This document shows, piece after piece, positions 23,149 through 34,392 of a stretch of DNA of 64,000 nucleotides. The position numbers and the translations under genes are program-made. How positions within the stretch are numbered: position 1 is the stretch's first letter; every line of letters begins with the position of its first letter. This stretch comes from Eukaryota sp. TZLM1-RC (lineage: Eukaryota > Protista > Metamonada: BaSk clade), in the NCBI GenBank assembly GCA_040285825.1, contig JAUPSS010000003.1, forward strand, positions 620,001 to 684,000, written 5' to 3'. The notes beneath the pieces are model-generated. The model saw only the letters and a program-made list of their open reading frames with translations, made no database searches and was not told where the DNA came from.

Positions 23149-24684
23149 ACAGAATTACGACTAACTTTAATGAATCAATGGAATTGATTGGGGTATTTCG
23201 TAATAGAGGTATTGGGAAAGTTTTAAAATTTTTAAAAATAATGGTTTTGCTAATGTGCAATTCTAGTTTTCAGTATGATCTACCAATGCAAAAATTAAAT
23301 GTCTAATTGCAAAAAAATCTAGTTAGTGCAAATAGCATGAGTTCACAACAATGTGGCAAAATGTCCCAGAACTTGAGAGTACCTCTGGCAACCACAGAGA
23401 AATAGATAAAGAAGCATTGGTGTTTCAAAAAAAGTGAACAGCAAAGTTGCTATCCGTGAATGCTGAATCGCATATTCATTATGTCCTTTGTCCATTTCCT
23501 TTTTTCCTACATGGATCCCTTGGACCACTTGCTCCTATCTTTCTTGGATGATTTTGTTGAAATTGTGAAACAACGTACAGGAAGAATTTTTGTCAAAATG
23601 TTTTGGCAGAACAGAATTGTATTTTCAATTTTTAAAGTTGTTGTCACCTTATTATCTTCTGCTTTATTATCTTTGGTTTTTTCTATGAAGGAAAAACTTC
23701 CAGTCGATTCTTTTTGGTTGATTGGAAGAATGAAGATTTAGAATTTTAAGGTTTGTTGTTTAGTTTCTCGTTGGACTAATTTAAATCAGCCTAAAAAAGA
23801 AAAGGGTGAATTTATGGTTATTTGTACTCAAAACGTACGTTAAAAACCACGAGTGGTCAACATTATGGCAAAAAGGGGGTTGAAATTTGATGTAAAAGGC
23901 CTTTGTTCGTCATCATATATCAAAATGCCTCGTTGTGACATTTCACATGCCATTGACAATAAACAAAAATTAGAAACGTTTATTGAACTGAAACAGACAA
24001 CAGTCATCTTAAAGCCTTTGAAAAGAGCACTGTGTTATTTGTACAACAAAATCATTCTACAAGCAACGTTGGAGTGTCTATATAGCGTGAAAGTTGGTGA
24101 CGTCCAAGGCATAATCAAATTAGTTCAACCGAACATTGATACTATTTTTAGAGTTCTAATATTTCATCAGAGTGTTCATTCAACCGACCTATCATTGGGC
24201 CTCATTCTTTTTACGTTGATTAATTCATCTTTTTGGGTACCAGAGAAAAAGACTGCGAGGTTAATCGTGGCAAAAAGTAATACAAAATTCATGGATGTTA
24301 TATTTTAAGGAATACTTGGAGTGTGTTCAAGCAAAGTGTGTAAACATGCAATTTATAAGGAAGATTCTGCTTCCATTTAAATGGCCCTTCCTTCAGCTTG
24401 GACTGGACTGCTTCGATTAGACATGACAAACATCCCCTTTACAGCAAGCAACTGGTTGTTCACTTTCTCTAATATGCTTTAAGACACTTCTCAGAAATGA
24501 TGCTCAAACTGCTTTGGCCGATTTGTTGTGCGTTGAGGATATTCAGGAAAGCCGATAGTCTTTATTTTTAAAAGTTTTTATTTTCATTACACAGGTGGGA
24601 CAAGTGTATCAACTGCCACACATCTCTACATTTCGTCCCAAGATTATTTTTAACAATGCCTTAAAATAAGATTAAATTCAGATT
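23149..24684 (+). repeat. ~1.5-kb block duplicated in inverted orientation at 48252-49773
   Basis: Near-identical reverse-complement sequence; the ORF pairs 23460/49181, 23853/48797 and 23343/49394 are almost identical. Confidence 0.95.
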
Positions 24685-25573
24685 GAGTTCAGTGAGAAGC
24701 GATAGGTTAAATGAGCAAAGAAGATTTGGGTAAGTGAAGTGATTGTGGGTAGTTTTATATAAATAATTTATCATCTAAGTGCTCTTTTGTAGACAGTGTT
24801 CTGTAAAAATTGTCTCTAAGTAAAACAGTGTTTGAAATCCGTCAATAAGATAATGCACAATAATCCTGCACACGTGTAACACGTGTCCAAACAGAGAGGG
24901 AGAGAAAAAGGGAGAATTGTTGAGATAGCTGAATGGGAAGAGGACAAGAGGTAAAGGAAGAAGAAGGAAACTGGAAAAAACATAAAGTTTAGAGTAACAA
25001 TGACCAATATAGCAAAAGGGTAAATTGAGCTGACGTTGATGACCCTTAATAGAGATACAGTGGATAGGCATTTGATACCAATGTAGAAATTAGCAATCAA
25101 TTTGAAATTGCCAGACATCGTGTCAAACAGCGAGATTATCTTGACTCTTCCCATTCTTCTAACATCATGCAGCAAAAGGAGAACAAGGATAACGAGGTTA
25201 CGGACCCGGTTCCCACCTCCTCTTTCAACCTGTTCTTCACAGAACAGCAGAGTACTTCCTCCCGAACTCCTTAGTCGGAAACAGTCATCCTGCTTTACAG
25301 AAATAAACAGAGGGTCAGAACCTCGATTTCCTATCGGAATCGTTGTTCTGATCCTTCCGTGGGGGGTAGAGTATTGCACTTTTTTCAGTCATCATGTGAG
25401 TCATGATATGGGTGCAGTTGAATCAGCCATGGTGCTAATCACCTTAGATACAGGATGTTTCTTTTGTTTTTGTTTTGTTTTGAATTGTTTTTTTTGTTGT
25501 TTTTGATTTTGTTGTTTTTTGTGGTTTAGGTACTTGCACTTTAGATACGGGATGTTGTGTTTTAAATTGTTGA

Positions 25574-26636
25574 TTTAATAATGTTGAGTTTGATTACTAT
25601 GTTAATAATTTATGTTTTCAATCCAGAACCTGCCAACATCTTTTATCAACATACTCATTTACTGTTGATTTAACAATGGATGGAGATGTTGAAGCAAATC
25701 CAGGTCCCAGAAAGAGAAGATCTAAATTTAAATCAACTCCTCCATCAAAAATTATAAGAAATGCAATTTTTGATCAACAAACATCAGGGCGTAAGCTAAA
25801 AGCACAACAAAAAGCATTGAACCAAGAAATTTGCATTAAGAATACAATGTTGAATATCGAGAACAGGAAGATTTTGACAAAGAAACCATTGAAACCGAGT
25901 ATGGTCAGAAAAATTGGGCCAAGTCGTAGTGGCTTCAAGCCTGATCCATTGATTCAATTCAAATCAATGAACCCAAATCAAATTCTTCCCACTGTTATGT
26001 GCTTCGATCTTGAAATCTATCAGGATGGTCATCTTTACCAAAATCATGATGGCCAATTTCTCAGTCCTGACGAGATTATCAACAAAAAGAGAAAAGAGGG
26101 TGCAAATCTTTTAAAAAAAACTGATGAGCAAATGGGTGAATGGATTTCAGATCAACAAGTGTTTTTAATTTCACTTGTTATTGGTAAGTTTGATCGCCAT
26201 AATTTCTTTTTGGAGAGTAAATATTCACTTATATTGAGAATTAGTCCTCAAATCAGATTACCTGACATTGATATGGATATTCAGGCAGAAATTTTCTCTG
26301 ACGAAAAACCTTGCTTCATAGGTTCTTAAACCTTATTGGTACTCATCAACCTCATTGTTTTCTTAATCACAATTTAATGCAGTTTGATTTGCAGGTTTTA
26401 AAAAATAGATTAAATTATTTTGATTTACCATTTTTTACTGTTCGAGATGATACAGCAATTGATGTACTCAATCAACTATCACCGAGATGGAGAGAAGTTG
26501 TTATCAGGGAAAATGGCTTTTTTCTTTTTATGGTTTTTGCCAAAAAATTTATTAAAATACCCTACGGACATGGATTAGGCAATCTGGCATATAAAATGAT
26601 AAATGAAAAGAAAATCAAACTTCATCAGGAATTTTC
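25574..26636 (+). pseudogene. 2A/StopGo motif followed by a family-B DNA polymerase 3'-5' exonuclease domain (frameshifted)
   Basis: Frame open from 25574: ...SFTVDLTMDGDVEANPGP, then VMCFDLE (ExoI), FSDEK/LLHRFLNLIGTHQPHCFLNHNLMQFDLQVLKNR (ExoII) and GLGNLAYKMINEKK. Confidence 0.75.
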
Positions 26637-27555
26637 CCATATAAAAATCCTCAAATATTCCTAAAACTAACAATTACAATTGCCCAATAGATCTCCAGTA
26701 GAGAGAAAAAACCTTATCATATTTCTCCTGCTTCAACCACTGTAGGCCCTGGATATTTTCCTATTGATACAAGAACAATATGGACAATTATTAGACAAAC
26801 ATTGATGGACGATTTGTTGCCTGATCAGAGATTAAAAATGTCCAATACACTAGCCCAAATTACGAAATTCAAACCACCTCAGCAATTTGACTTTTGGTCT
26901 AATATTCTCGATTTAAACCAAGAAAACAAAAGGTTTATAAATTCAACAACATTATTCACACAGATGGATTTAATATTGCAGTAGAATTTGTTTGTCGGGA
27001 TTTACAAGGTCAGAAATGTAAGCCAGACAACAAGGCCAGTATTTCTGATTTATATATTCATGATGTTGATGTTGATGCTTTTCAAGACAAACGAATTGTT
27101 GTTTGTGATCCTGGAAAACGTGATTTATTGTATTTTGGGAGTAAAAAGACTGATCAAGAACTAGCCATGGTGCCTGAACATGAAACTGAACAGCAAAGAA
27201 ATAGTCGGGTGATGAATCAAGACAAGAAGTACAAATGGTTGAGAATGACTCAGATGTCCTGGTCTTTGAAAAGTAGGATGAATGTAAAAACGATGGGCGA
27301 CAAAGTATATTGAGGTGTATTACGACGGGAACCAAATGACAGAGTCTAACGAAATGACAATTGGAAATGCAAACACCGAATCATCCGCGTTTGCTGCCAA
27401 TTCAGCAACTTTTATATATTTTTCCAACTTTGTGGTTGCCAAACTTCGGCAAGTTTTTTTGACAATTGACTTTCACAGTCTTGATTTGTGGAGCATTCAT
27501 AAAATGCAAGCTTTTCTTCACAAGTAAAAGTTTGAAAGTTGGTTGTTAAAAACCT
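26637..27555 (+). mobile_element. Fanzor remnant, family D (REC/WED, RuvC-I, bridge-helix region)
   Basis: KNPQIFLKL...KPYHISPASTTVGPGYFPIDT, FNNIIHTDGFNIAVEF, IVVCDPGKRDLLYFG (RuvC-I) and LWSIHKMQAFLHK*KFESW; truncated before RuvC-II. Confidence 0.8.
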
Positions 27556-27617
27556 TTTTTATTCATACTTTGCTTTATATCTGCGTAATTCACTTCAATA
27601 TCTTCATCCAACAAGTT

Positions 27618-27641
27618 TCTACTACCATTTGCTAATAACCG
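27618..27641 (+). promoter_or_regulatory. Shorter variant of the conserved pre-ATG leader
   Basis: TACTACCATTTGCTAATAACCG|ATG keeps both end motifs with the middle deleted. Confidence 0.45.
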
Positions 27642-29279
27642 ATGTCTACCATCTCGGAACTTCCAAACTATATTACCCATAACATCGATCTTGCTGATGC
27701 TTCAACCTTCATTGACCTTTTGCGACAAGTTGATGATCAGATCTTCGGTGGTTTTGAGCAGTATGAATCATGCTTGTCTGATTCAATCGTCAGCAAACTA
27801 CAATTCATTGCTGATCAGATCAAACAGGTTCTCTCCCAAGGTGGTCTAGTACTAATGGCAGGTGCTGGTACCAGTGGACGTTTAGCCCATCTTTGTTGTC
27901 GTCGTGGAAATGACATACTCTCTTCATACACTTTTTCAGGAAAGTTCATTCCTTTGGTCGCTGGAGGTAACCCTGCATTGATTTCAGCGCAAGAAGGGGC
28001 GGAAGACTCTTCACTTCTAGCCAAGCAAGACATCAACACTTACATTTCTACAGACAAACCCATCATCTACATTGGAATAACATGTGGCCTCTCTGCGCCC
28101 TATGTCGGTGTTCAACTGTCAGAGTGCTTGAAAAAGCCCAACATTCAAACCGTAGTTTTGGGTTTCAGCCCAGTTGCTTTGGCCAGGAACACCCCAGTTC
28201 CCGGATGTGATGGGACTTTTAAGGAAATTCTCGACAAATCTCTTGACCAAGGAGGACTTGCTCTTACTCCAGTGGTAGGCCCCGAAGCAATCACGGGTTC
28301 TACTAGAATGAAGGGGGGTACGGTGACCTTGTTGTTGTTGGTGGATGTTATTGATGCTGCTTTGATGGGAGCAGAGGTGAGGTGTGGGTTGGCCAGTGTC
28401 AATAGTAATGTCAAGATACTGTACAATCAGCTCAAAATGTCTCAATCAATCAAAAAATTGATGGAAACTGCAGGTAAGGCCCTCATGAACGGCAACAGAA
28501 TCTTTTACTTTGGCGATAATTATCCTGGTCAGATGGCGGTTATTGATGCCTCTGAATGCCCTCCTACCTTCGGGGCTTCACCTTCCGATGTACAAGGGTT
28601 TATAACTGGTGGCTGGGATTGTCTGGGGGTCGACAAGGAAACTTTCCCAAAGGAAGACATGTATTTGATTGATGTTGCTGATTTTGAGTCTAGTGTCAAA
28701 GTTTCTCAAGGTGATCTCTGTTTGTTTTTGAGCGAATACAATATTATCAATGAAGAATTAAACAGACTGTTATCAGAAACTAGGTCCAAATGTCAATGCT
28801 TTGTTGTCAATATACGTGATGTCTCTTGTAGAAAACCATGTCATGATGAGAATTTGGTTGACTTGCCTATCAAATTTGATTTTCTTTCTTCTCTAATTTG
28901 TTTTAAATTAGTCTTGAATCTGGTCTCGACGTTTGCCCATGTGTATATTGGAAAAATTTTTCAAAACAGAATGGCTGATCTGAGATTATCAAATACCAAA
29001 CTACTTAATAGAGCTAGTGTTACCCTTTCAAAGATTCTTGACATTAGCAAGGAAGTCGCCAGAAGTCATTTATTGACCGTAATTTATGGTTGTCCTGTTG
29101 AGGAGACATCCAATACTAATGAACTAGATCACATTGAGGCAGCAGTTCATGTTGCGCATATAGTACCCAAAGCTATTCTTTTAGCATTAGGGTTTAGTCT
29201 CGAAGAGTCATGTAAAATTGTTGAAAATTCTGTAAAAGAAAATATTCCAATAAGTTCGTTAATCGCTGATAGAATGTAA
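27642..29279 (+). CDS. Glucokinase regulatory protein-like / MurQ (MurNAc-6-P etherase)-like double-SIS protein
   Basis: GAGTSGRL, EGAEDS, GITCGLSAPYV, GPEAITGSTRMKGG, DASECPPTFG and NRMADLRLSNTKL. Confidence 0.88.
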   Translation: MSTISELPNYITHNIDLADASTFIDLLRQVDDQIFGGFEQYESCLSDSIVSKLQFIADQIKQVLSQGGLVLMAGAGTSGRLAHLCCRRGNDILSSYTFSGKFIPLVAGGNPALISAQEGAEDSSLLAKQDINTYISTDKPIIYIGITCGLSAPYVGVQLSECLKKPNIQTVVLGFSPVALARNTPVPGCDGTFKEILDKSLDQGGLALTPVVGPEAITGSTRMKGGTVTLLLLVDVIDAALMGAEVRCGLASVNSNVKILYNQLKMSQSIKKLMETAGKALMNGNRIFYFGDNYPGQMAVIDASECPPTFGASPSDVQGFITGGWDCLGVDKETFPKEDMYLIDVADFESSVKVSQGDLCLFLSEYNIINEELNRLLSETRSKCQCFVVNIRDVSCRKPCHDENLVDLPIKFDFLSSLICFKLVLNLVSTFAHVYIGKIFQNRMADLRLSNTKLLNRASVTLSKILDISKEVARSHLLTVIYGCPVEETSNTNELDHIEAAVHVAHIVPKAILLALGFSLEESCKIVENSVKENIPISSLIADRM

Positions 29280-29718
29280 GTTTTTTAGGGTTTTCTTTCT
29301 AGTTTTACATTTTGGTTTCAGGACCTTTTTTGACCAATATTTTTTATTTATACACTTATTTATTTATACTTGTTTTGTCCACATTTTCTCCTGAGTCATC
29401 AATCCTGTTTTTGCAAAGCAAATAGTCGCGTTGGGAATTGGATGAACATAGTGCTTTGTTTTGAAACAACGGTAGTAGTGCTTAAATGAATTGAAATAAA
29501 TACAACTAAAATTCCTTGAAATTTTTACAAACAATGAATGTGACAATATAGCTTAAAAGCAGTTTATTCAATGTACATCTATCGAAATAGTAGACTCCCA
29601 TTGATTTTCTCTCTTAACAGTCTAATGTGTTAAATATGTTGGTTCTGGGTTTCAAGTGGCTTTCACTTTCCTCATTCTAAAATAATTATAATAATAATCC
29701 TTCATTTATCTCACCAAA

Positions 29719-29752
29719 TTACTGCAATTTTGCGTTTTTGTGCTACTAGCAG
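29719..29752 (+). promoter_or_regulatory. Conserved 34-nt pre-ATG leader element, copy 2
   Basis: TTACTGCAATTTTGCGTTTTTGTGCTACTAGCAG|ATG. Confidence 0.7.
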
Positions 29753-31270
29753 ATGCAGACATTAGTTTTCCCTCCCTCAACACGATCTGTCTCACTCAAA
29801 GTGATTCTACATGTCTGTCTTTTAGCAATCACTATCTTTCAAATCAATATTCCTGTCCAAACATCTGTTAATTATCTTGCTGATGCGTCCAACACTCTCT
29901 ATGAGTACTTCATTCCTGAAGATTTTCAAGAAGATGAACCCATTAAAGAAAGAATCTACTACCTTTCATCAATAGAAGAAGTAAAATCCATTCTTGACCA
30001 CACAGTTGACGTTGTCTCCCGTCTTACCTCGTCATCCCTCTCTGTCTGGCACAGTATTCAATCTCCCATGCTTTCCTTTACAGCATTTCCCGGTACTGGA
30101 TGGGTAATATACCCAGATACCAAGTACCCTCAACTTCCATCAATTCTCAACAATAATCATAATCTGACCAACGTTGACTGGTCAGATGAACTTCTTTTGT
30201 CATGCCTTCAAGCATGTCAGTACGCTATAATTGAGACGACTGTTGATCATTCCGAGATTGTTAGCTCAGGTGCATTACTGAATAAGTGGAAGATTAAGCA
30301 ACAGCTTGAGTTAATCAAAGGAAGTGGTTTGATTTCATTGACAGTCAATTATGATCGCTTCTTTGATGGAAACAAGTTCAATCAGTCTACAAGAATCCTA
30401 TTGACCAGGTATTTACTTGATTCCTTGGCAGTCATTTTGTCTTTTGTTTTAACTTTTGTTTTGATAGTTCAATCAAGACTCTTTTTCCAAACGTTTTCAA
30501 TTGAATTAAATCGCCTTAAAAGATTTAAAAAGTTGGATATCGATTCCCAGGCACTTGTCAACCAATCATCACCTCTAGTTAAACTCAATTCATCCAATTC
30601 CGGAAAATCTGGTTTTTTGTCAGAGTTTTTTTCTTTTTGGACTGTTATTCTGCTTTTAGGAGCCTTTTTCACAACAATTGGTTCATTATTGGATTTATTT
30701 TCCCTAAGCATTTCCAAATACAATTTCAATAACATTCGTTTTCTTCAAGGTCTAGGTGCCTTTTTGACCTCAATTCATGCATGTCGGTACTTTGAATCAA
30801 ACTCAAACCTTTACCTGATCATTACGTCAGTAAAAAGAGCTTTTCCTCAAGCATCTCTTTGGTTTTTCTCAGTTTTGCCAATCTTTCTTGGTTACTCTCT
30901 TTTAGGGTACTCTCTTTTCAAACCCCTTTCTCCTTTTCTTTTTGGGACGGTAGGACAGTCTTCAGTGACTTTGTTTGCTGCTTTGAATGGTGATGCTGTT
31001 GCTGAGTTTTTTGACGCTGTATACTCAAGTTACCCTGTTTTTAGTCGACTTTTCTTTTACACCTTTATCTCATTATCAACTTATTGTGTTTTGAATGTTT
31101 TCAGAGTAATTATTGAACATGCTTACCATTCAACAGAACTTTCTGAAGAAGCTTCTGGTTATGAGTTGGTTGAAAAACCCATCCCAATTCCAATAGAGGA
31201 GATTAAACAAGTGCTGAGTAGTAGATTTGGGGAGATTAATAACCAAGTTGTGAGTAGGTTAAAAAAATAA
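29753..31270 (+). CDS. Mucolipin (TRPML)/polycystin-type cation channel
   Basis: TM1, a large luminal loop and 5 further TMs; pore region TLFAALNGD and RLFFYTFISL...LNVF. Confidence 0.85.
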   Translation: MQTLVFPPSTRSVSLKVILHVCLLAITIFQINIPVQTSVNYLADASNTLYEYFIPEDFQEDEPIKERIYYLSSIEEVKSILDHTVDVVSRLTSSSLSVWHSIQSPMLSFTAFPGTGWVIYPDTKYPQLPSILNNNHNLTNVDWSDELLLSCLQACQYAIIETTVDHSEIVSSGALLNKWKIKQQLELIKGSGLISLTVNYDRFFDGNKFNQSTRILLTRYLLDSLAVILSFVLTFVLIVQSRLFFQTFSIELNRLKRFKKLDIDSQALVNQSSPLVKLNSSNSGKSGFLSEFFSFWTVILLLGAFFTTIGSLLDLFSLSISKYNFNNIRFLQGLGAFLTSIHACRYFESNSNLYLIITSVKRAFPQASLWFFSVLPIFLGYSLLGYSLFKPLSPFLFGTVGQSSVTLFAALNGDAVAEFFDAVYSSYPVFSRLFFYTFISLSTYCVLNVFRVIIEHAYHSTELSEEASGYELVEKPIPIPIEEIKQVLSSRFGEINNQVVSRLKK

Positions 31271-31379
31271 GAGAGAGGGGTATTTTATAGTTTTATTAAA
31301 TTATTTATTTATTATTTTTATTAAATTATTTATTATTTTTATTAAATTATTTATTTATTATTTTTAATAAATTATTTTG

Positions 31380-32313
31380 TTAGTTTAGCATTATAAATTG
31401 TTCCAATGACTTTTGGAAATTATTATTTTCAGAAACAGTTGACTTTACCTCAATTGAAACTGAAGATTTTTTAAGAACTGTTCCGAAACTACAGAAGAAG
31501 ATTATTACTTATTTAGAAGCTGAATCACTGAACAATCAATAGCTTGGCTAACAACTCCGGTGATTCCTCTTTGAAATTATTTTTGTCTTCTTTGTGTAAT
31601 TTAAATTTTTCCACAATAGTTCATCTTGCTTGATAACTCAAGTTGCTCGCCCTTTTGGATTACTGCTTTCGGATATTCAATTTTTGACAGTTATGCGAAT
31701 TAAACTTAGTCTACCTCCTCCTCAATATCTATCAAATATGAAATGTAAATGTGGTGCTTATGGTTCTTTTAATCACCTTATCTCCTGCTGTAAATTCACT
31801 CAAAAAAGATCAATTATCCACAATGCTGTTCGTGATTGTATTTACGATTTGCTAAAATGTGCTCATCACACAGTCCGTTTAGAACCACTGTTTGATGAAT
31901 TAAATTTCAGTTTGAGCCAAAAACGAGGTGACATTCAATGTGCTTGTTATGATGGAACTGAACTAATTATCGATTGTAGTACCGTATCTCTATGGAAAAG
32001 AAGATCCAATTCTGACATTCAACATTTACTTAAAGTTGCAGAACATTCCAAGAAATCAAGAAATGAAGCCCTTCTTCAACTTCTCAATCGAACAACAGGT
32101 AGAAACATCAGATTTGTTCCAATTGCTATATCAATTTTTGGTACCATTGGAAATGAAGGTCTTCATTTTTTAGATGATTTAGAAAAACTTCTCAAAGAAA
32201 GTGGTCGCACATTTGATTTTCTGATTTGGAAGAACAGAATCATATTTTCGTTATTTAAAGCTCTTTCTCATTATATTAACTCCATTTTGAATAACATTAC
32301 GGAGTTTTTATAA
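31380..32313 (+). mobile_element. CRE-like retrotransposon 3' part (divergent family), REL endonuclease
   Basis: CKCG...HLISC...HNAVRD, KRGDI, IIDC and FVPIAISIFG...WKNRIIFS. Confidence 0.8.
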
Positions 32314-32511
32314 CAATCGAGTTGCTATACAAGTGAATAGCGAAAATCTCCCGTCATTCAGTGGATGGGGTTTGTAGTAGAAAAAAGTATTAGTGAAAGT
32401 TTTTGGATGAGTTTTAGAACGTGTCTGTTCCAGGAATAAATTCTCTTAATATTCTCAAGTGAATTAGATAATTTAATTTAGTTAATTTTTAATTTTTAAT
32501 TTACTGTTTTA

Positions 32512-33654
32512 TTAGGTTTTGATTAATTTGAATAATTCAGTTGCTATATTGGACTTTGACCAAATGAACCTACTATTAGAATTTAAACTAGATCCACAAC
32601 TTCTGTTTTTAAACTGTTTCAATTTCCTGAAAAAAACCACACTAGAAAAAGAATTCAACTCAGTTGGTAAAGGTACCTTGAGTCCAGGTTGTCGATAAAG
32701 GTTCATTTGGTCAATAAAATTGATTATGAATTCATCAAACCCATCTACAACTTCCTCGAAATCAGACTTAGCAAAGGGGGTAACTAAAGAGATAACGGAA
32801 ATACGCAAAACAATTATCGCAACTGAAAGACAAGTTCCGTGACAATTCAATAAATGCAAACATTTTTGTGAAAGTTTGGCAAATTTTTTGATAATAGAAA
32901 CTCGATTTCTAATTGAAGAACGTTCAATAAAACATCGTATTAAGGAAGAAATAAAAGAAATTAAAAACACAAAAGCTGGTCTTCGTATAATAGTCATTAC
33001 ATCTGATTGCGTGGTGGAATATAGTAAATAAATACCTTCAAAATCGCAACGTGCAAGAACTGAATTAGAGATGAAAAATGATTGGGAAATTGGTGTAGAC
33101 CAGCAAGAAAGGCAACTATAAAAATAGTCAAAGTGTTGAAAATCAGACCGATTCTGTGTGAAAAGCTCAAAACTATTGTCAATGACAAAAGAATTCAATA
33201 AAACTGACAGTCGGGAAAAACTATTGATGTGTGCAAGACTACTGGGCGAGACGAGTGTCTTGCAAAATGTTATCAAATCTGATGGTAAAGCCGAATCAAT
33301 CCATTGAGAGGGGTAAGAATTTGATGAGTCAGATGGATTCGAATCAGTTGACGGAAGATTACGGATACCATGAAACGTCAGAAACCCCATGGTAATAGAT
33401 AATAGATTAGTGGAAGAAACAGAATCACTTGTTGAATTGGATGAATTCATTGCTCGCTTAGGAACCTGTGGATAAAGAGTATAGGGCAAGGCAACTGTGT
33501 CTTTAATGTGCTTTGCTGGTATCTTGCGATTGGAATGAATAGATGGAATTGATGAGGAGCTGTGTTTGCAATCATGGAATGCCTTTGTCATTTCAGGGTT
33601 GGGTTTTATATTCAACGCCTCCAAAAACATTAGGGTGTCCGAGGGAGCATCCAT
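32512..33654 (-). CDS. Hypothetical protein with degenerate RasGEF (CDC25)-like C-terminal region
   Basis: RVSIIKKFAKLSQKCLHLLNCHG resembles the RasGEF R-x2-I-x2-F-x6-C-x2-L-x-N motif; start taken at the first ATG. Confidence 0.45.
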   Translation of the reverse strand: MDAPSDTLMFLEALNIKPNPEMTKAFHDCKHSSSSIPSIHSNRKIPAKHIKDTVALPYTLYPQVPKRAMNSSNSTSDSVSSTNLLSITMGFLTFHGIRNLPSTDSNPSDSSNSYPSQWIDSALPSDLITFCKTLVSPSSLAHINSFSRLSVLLNSFVIDNSFELFTQNRSDFQHFDYFYSCLSCWSTPISQSFFISNSVLARCDFEGIYLLYSTTQSDVMTIIRRPAFVFLISFISSLIRCFIERSSIRNRVSIIKKFAKLSQKCLHLLNCHGTCLSVAIIVLRISVISLVTPFAKSDFEEVVDGFDEFIINFIDQMNLYRQPGLKVPLPTELNSFSSVVFFRKLKQFKNRSCGSSLNSNSRFIWSKSNIATELFKLIKT

Positions 33655-33959
33655 GTAGAAAAGTAAAAATTGAAAACAAAACACAAATGTCTGGTATGTT
33701 TATTTGAATTAAAGCAAATGTTGAAACAAACAGGCCACGCATAGGCTCTGTAATAGGCAGAGATACATAAAAAGGAAATAATACGTACGAATATGACTCG
33801 TTGAATGTACACAATTTCTAAATTCTAGTGTCAGTGAACACAAAAACGTTGACAACAGGTTACAATAAAGGAAAAGATGTCAAATGAGAATGTATCCAAT
33901 AAATATGGCGTTGAAGAGCATTGAAATGAAAAAAGTTCCTTTTCCCTTTACCTACAACA

Positions 33960-34392
33960 ATGGTTCAAGCTATAACCAAACCCACCATTGTCAAGAAGAA
34001 GACCAACAAATTCGTTCGCTTCCAGTCTGATCGATTCCATCGTGTCAAGGTTTGTTCTTCTTACATTTATCCAATTTCAGCCTAGCTGGCGCAAGCCCCG
34101 TGGTATTGACAGTCGTATCAGAAGAAGGTTCAAGGGTGTCACTGTCATGCCTTCCATAGGTTTCGGATCTAACAAAAAGACCAGATTTATGCATAAGGAC
34201 GGTTTCTTCCGTGTTGTTATTCAAAACATGGCTGACCTCGAAGCTCTTACTATGAACAACAGACGCTTTGCCGCTACCATTGCTCATGGTGTGTCCAAGA
34301 AGAACCGCAAGGAACTTGTTGCTCGTGCTAAGGCTCTCAACATTAATGTTACTAACGCTGAAGCCCGTCTCCGTCTCGAAGAAACTGCTTAA
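33960..34392 (+). CDS. RPL32: 60S ribosomal protein L32 (eL32), two exons 33960-34049 and 34081-34392
   Basis: [30 protein letters not shown] joined to [19 protein letters not shown] by a 31-nt GT..AG intron (34050-34080). Confidence 0.96.

Noticed and set aside
24700-25510. Overlapping ORFs 24816-25379 and 25102-25506
   Set aside because: Non-ATG starts and no recognisable motifs; probably a decayed gene.
33988-34080. ORF-track N-terminus of RPL32
   Set aside because: It reads through the intron in the wrong frame; the true start is 33960.
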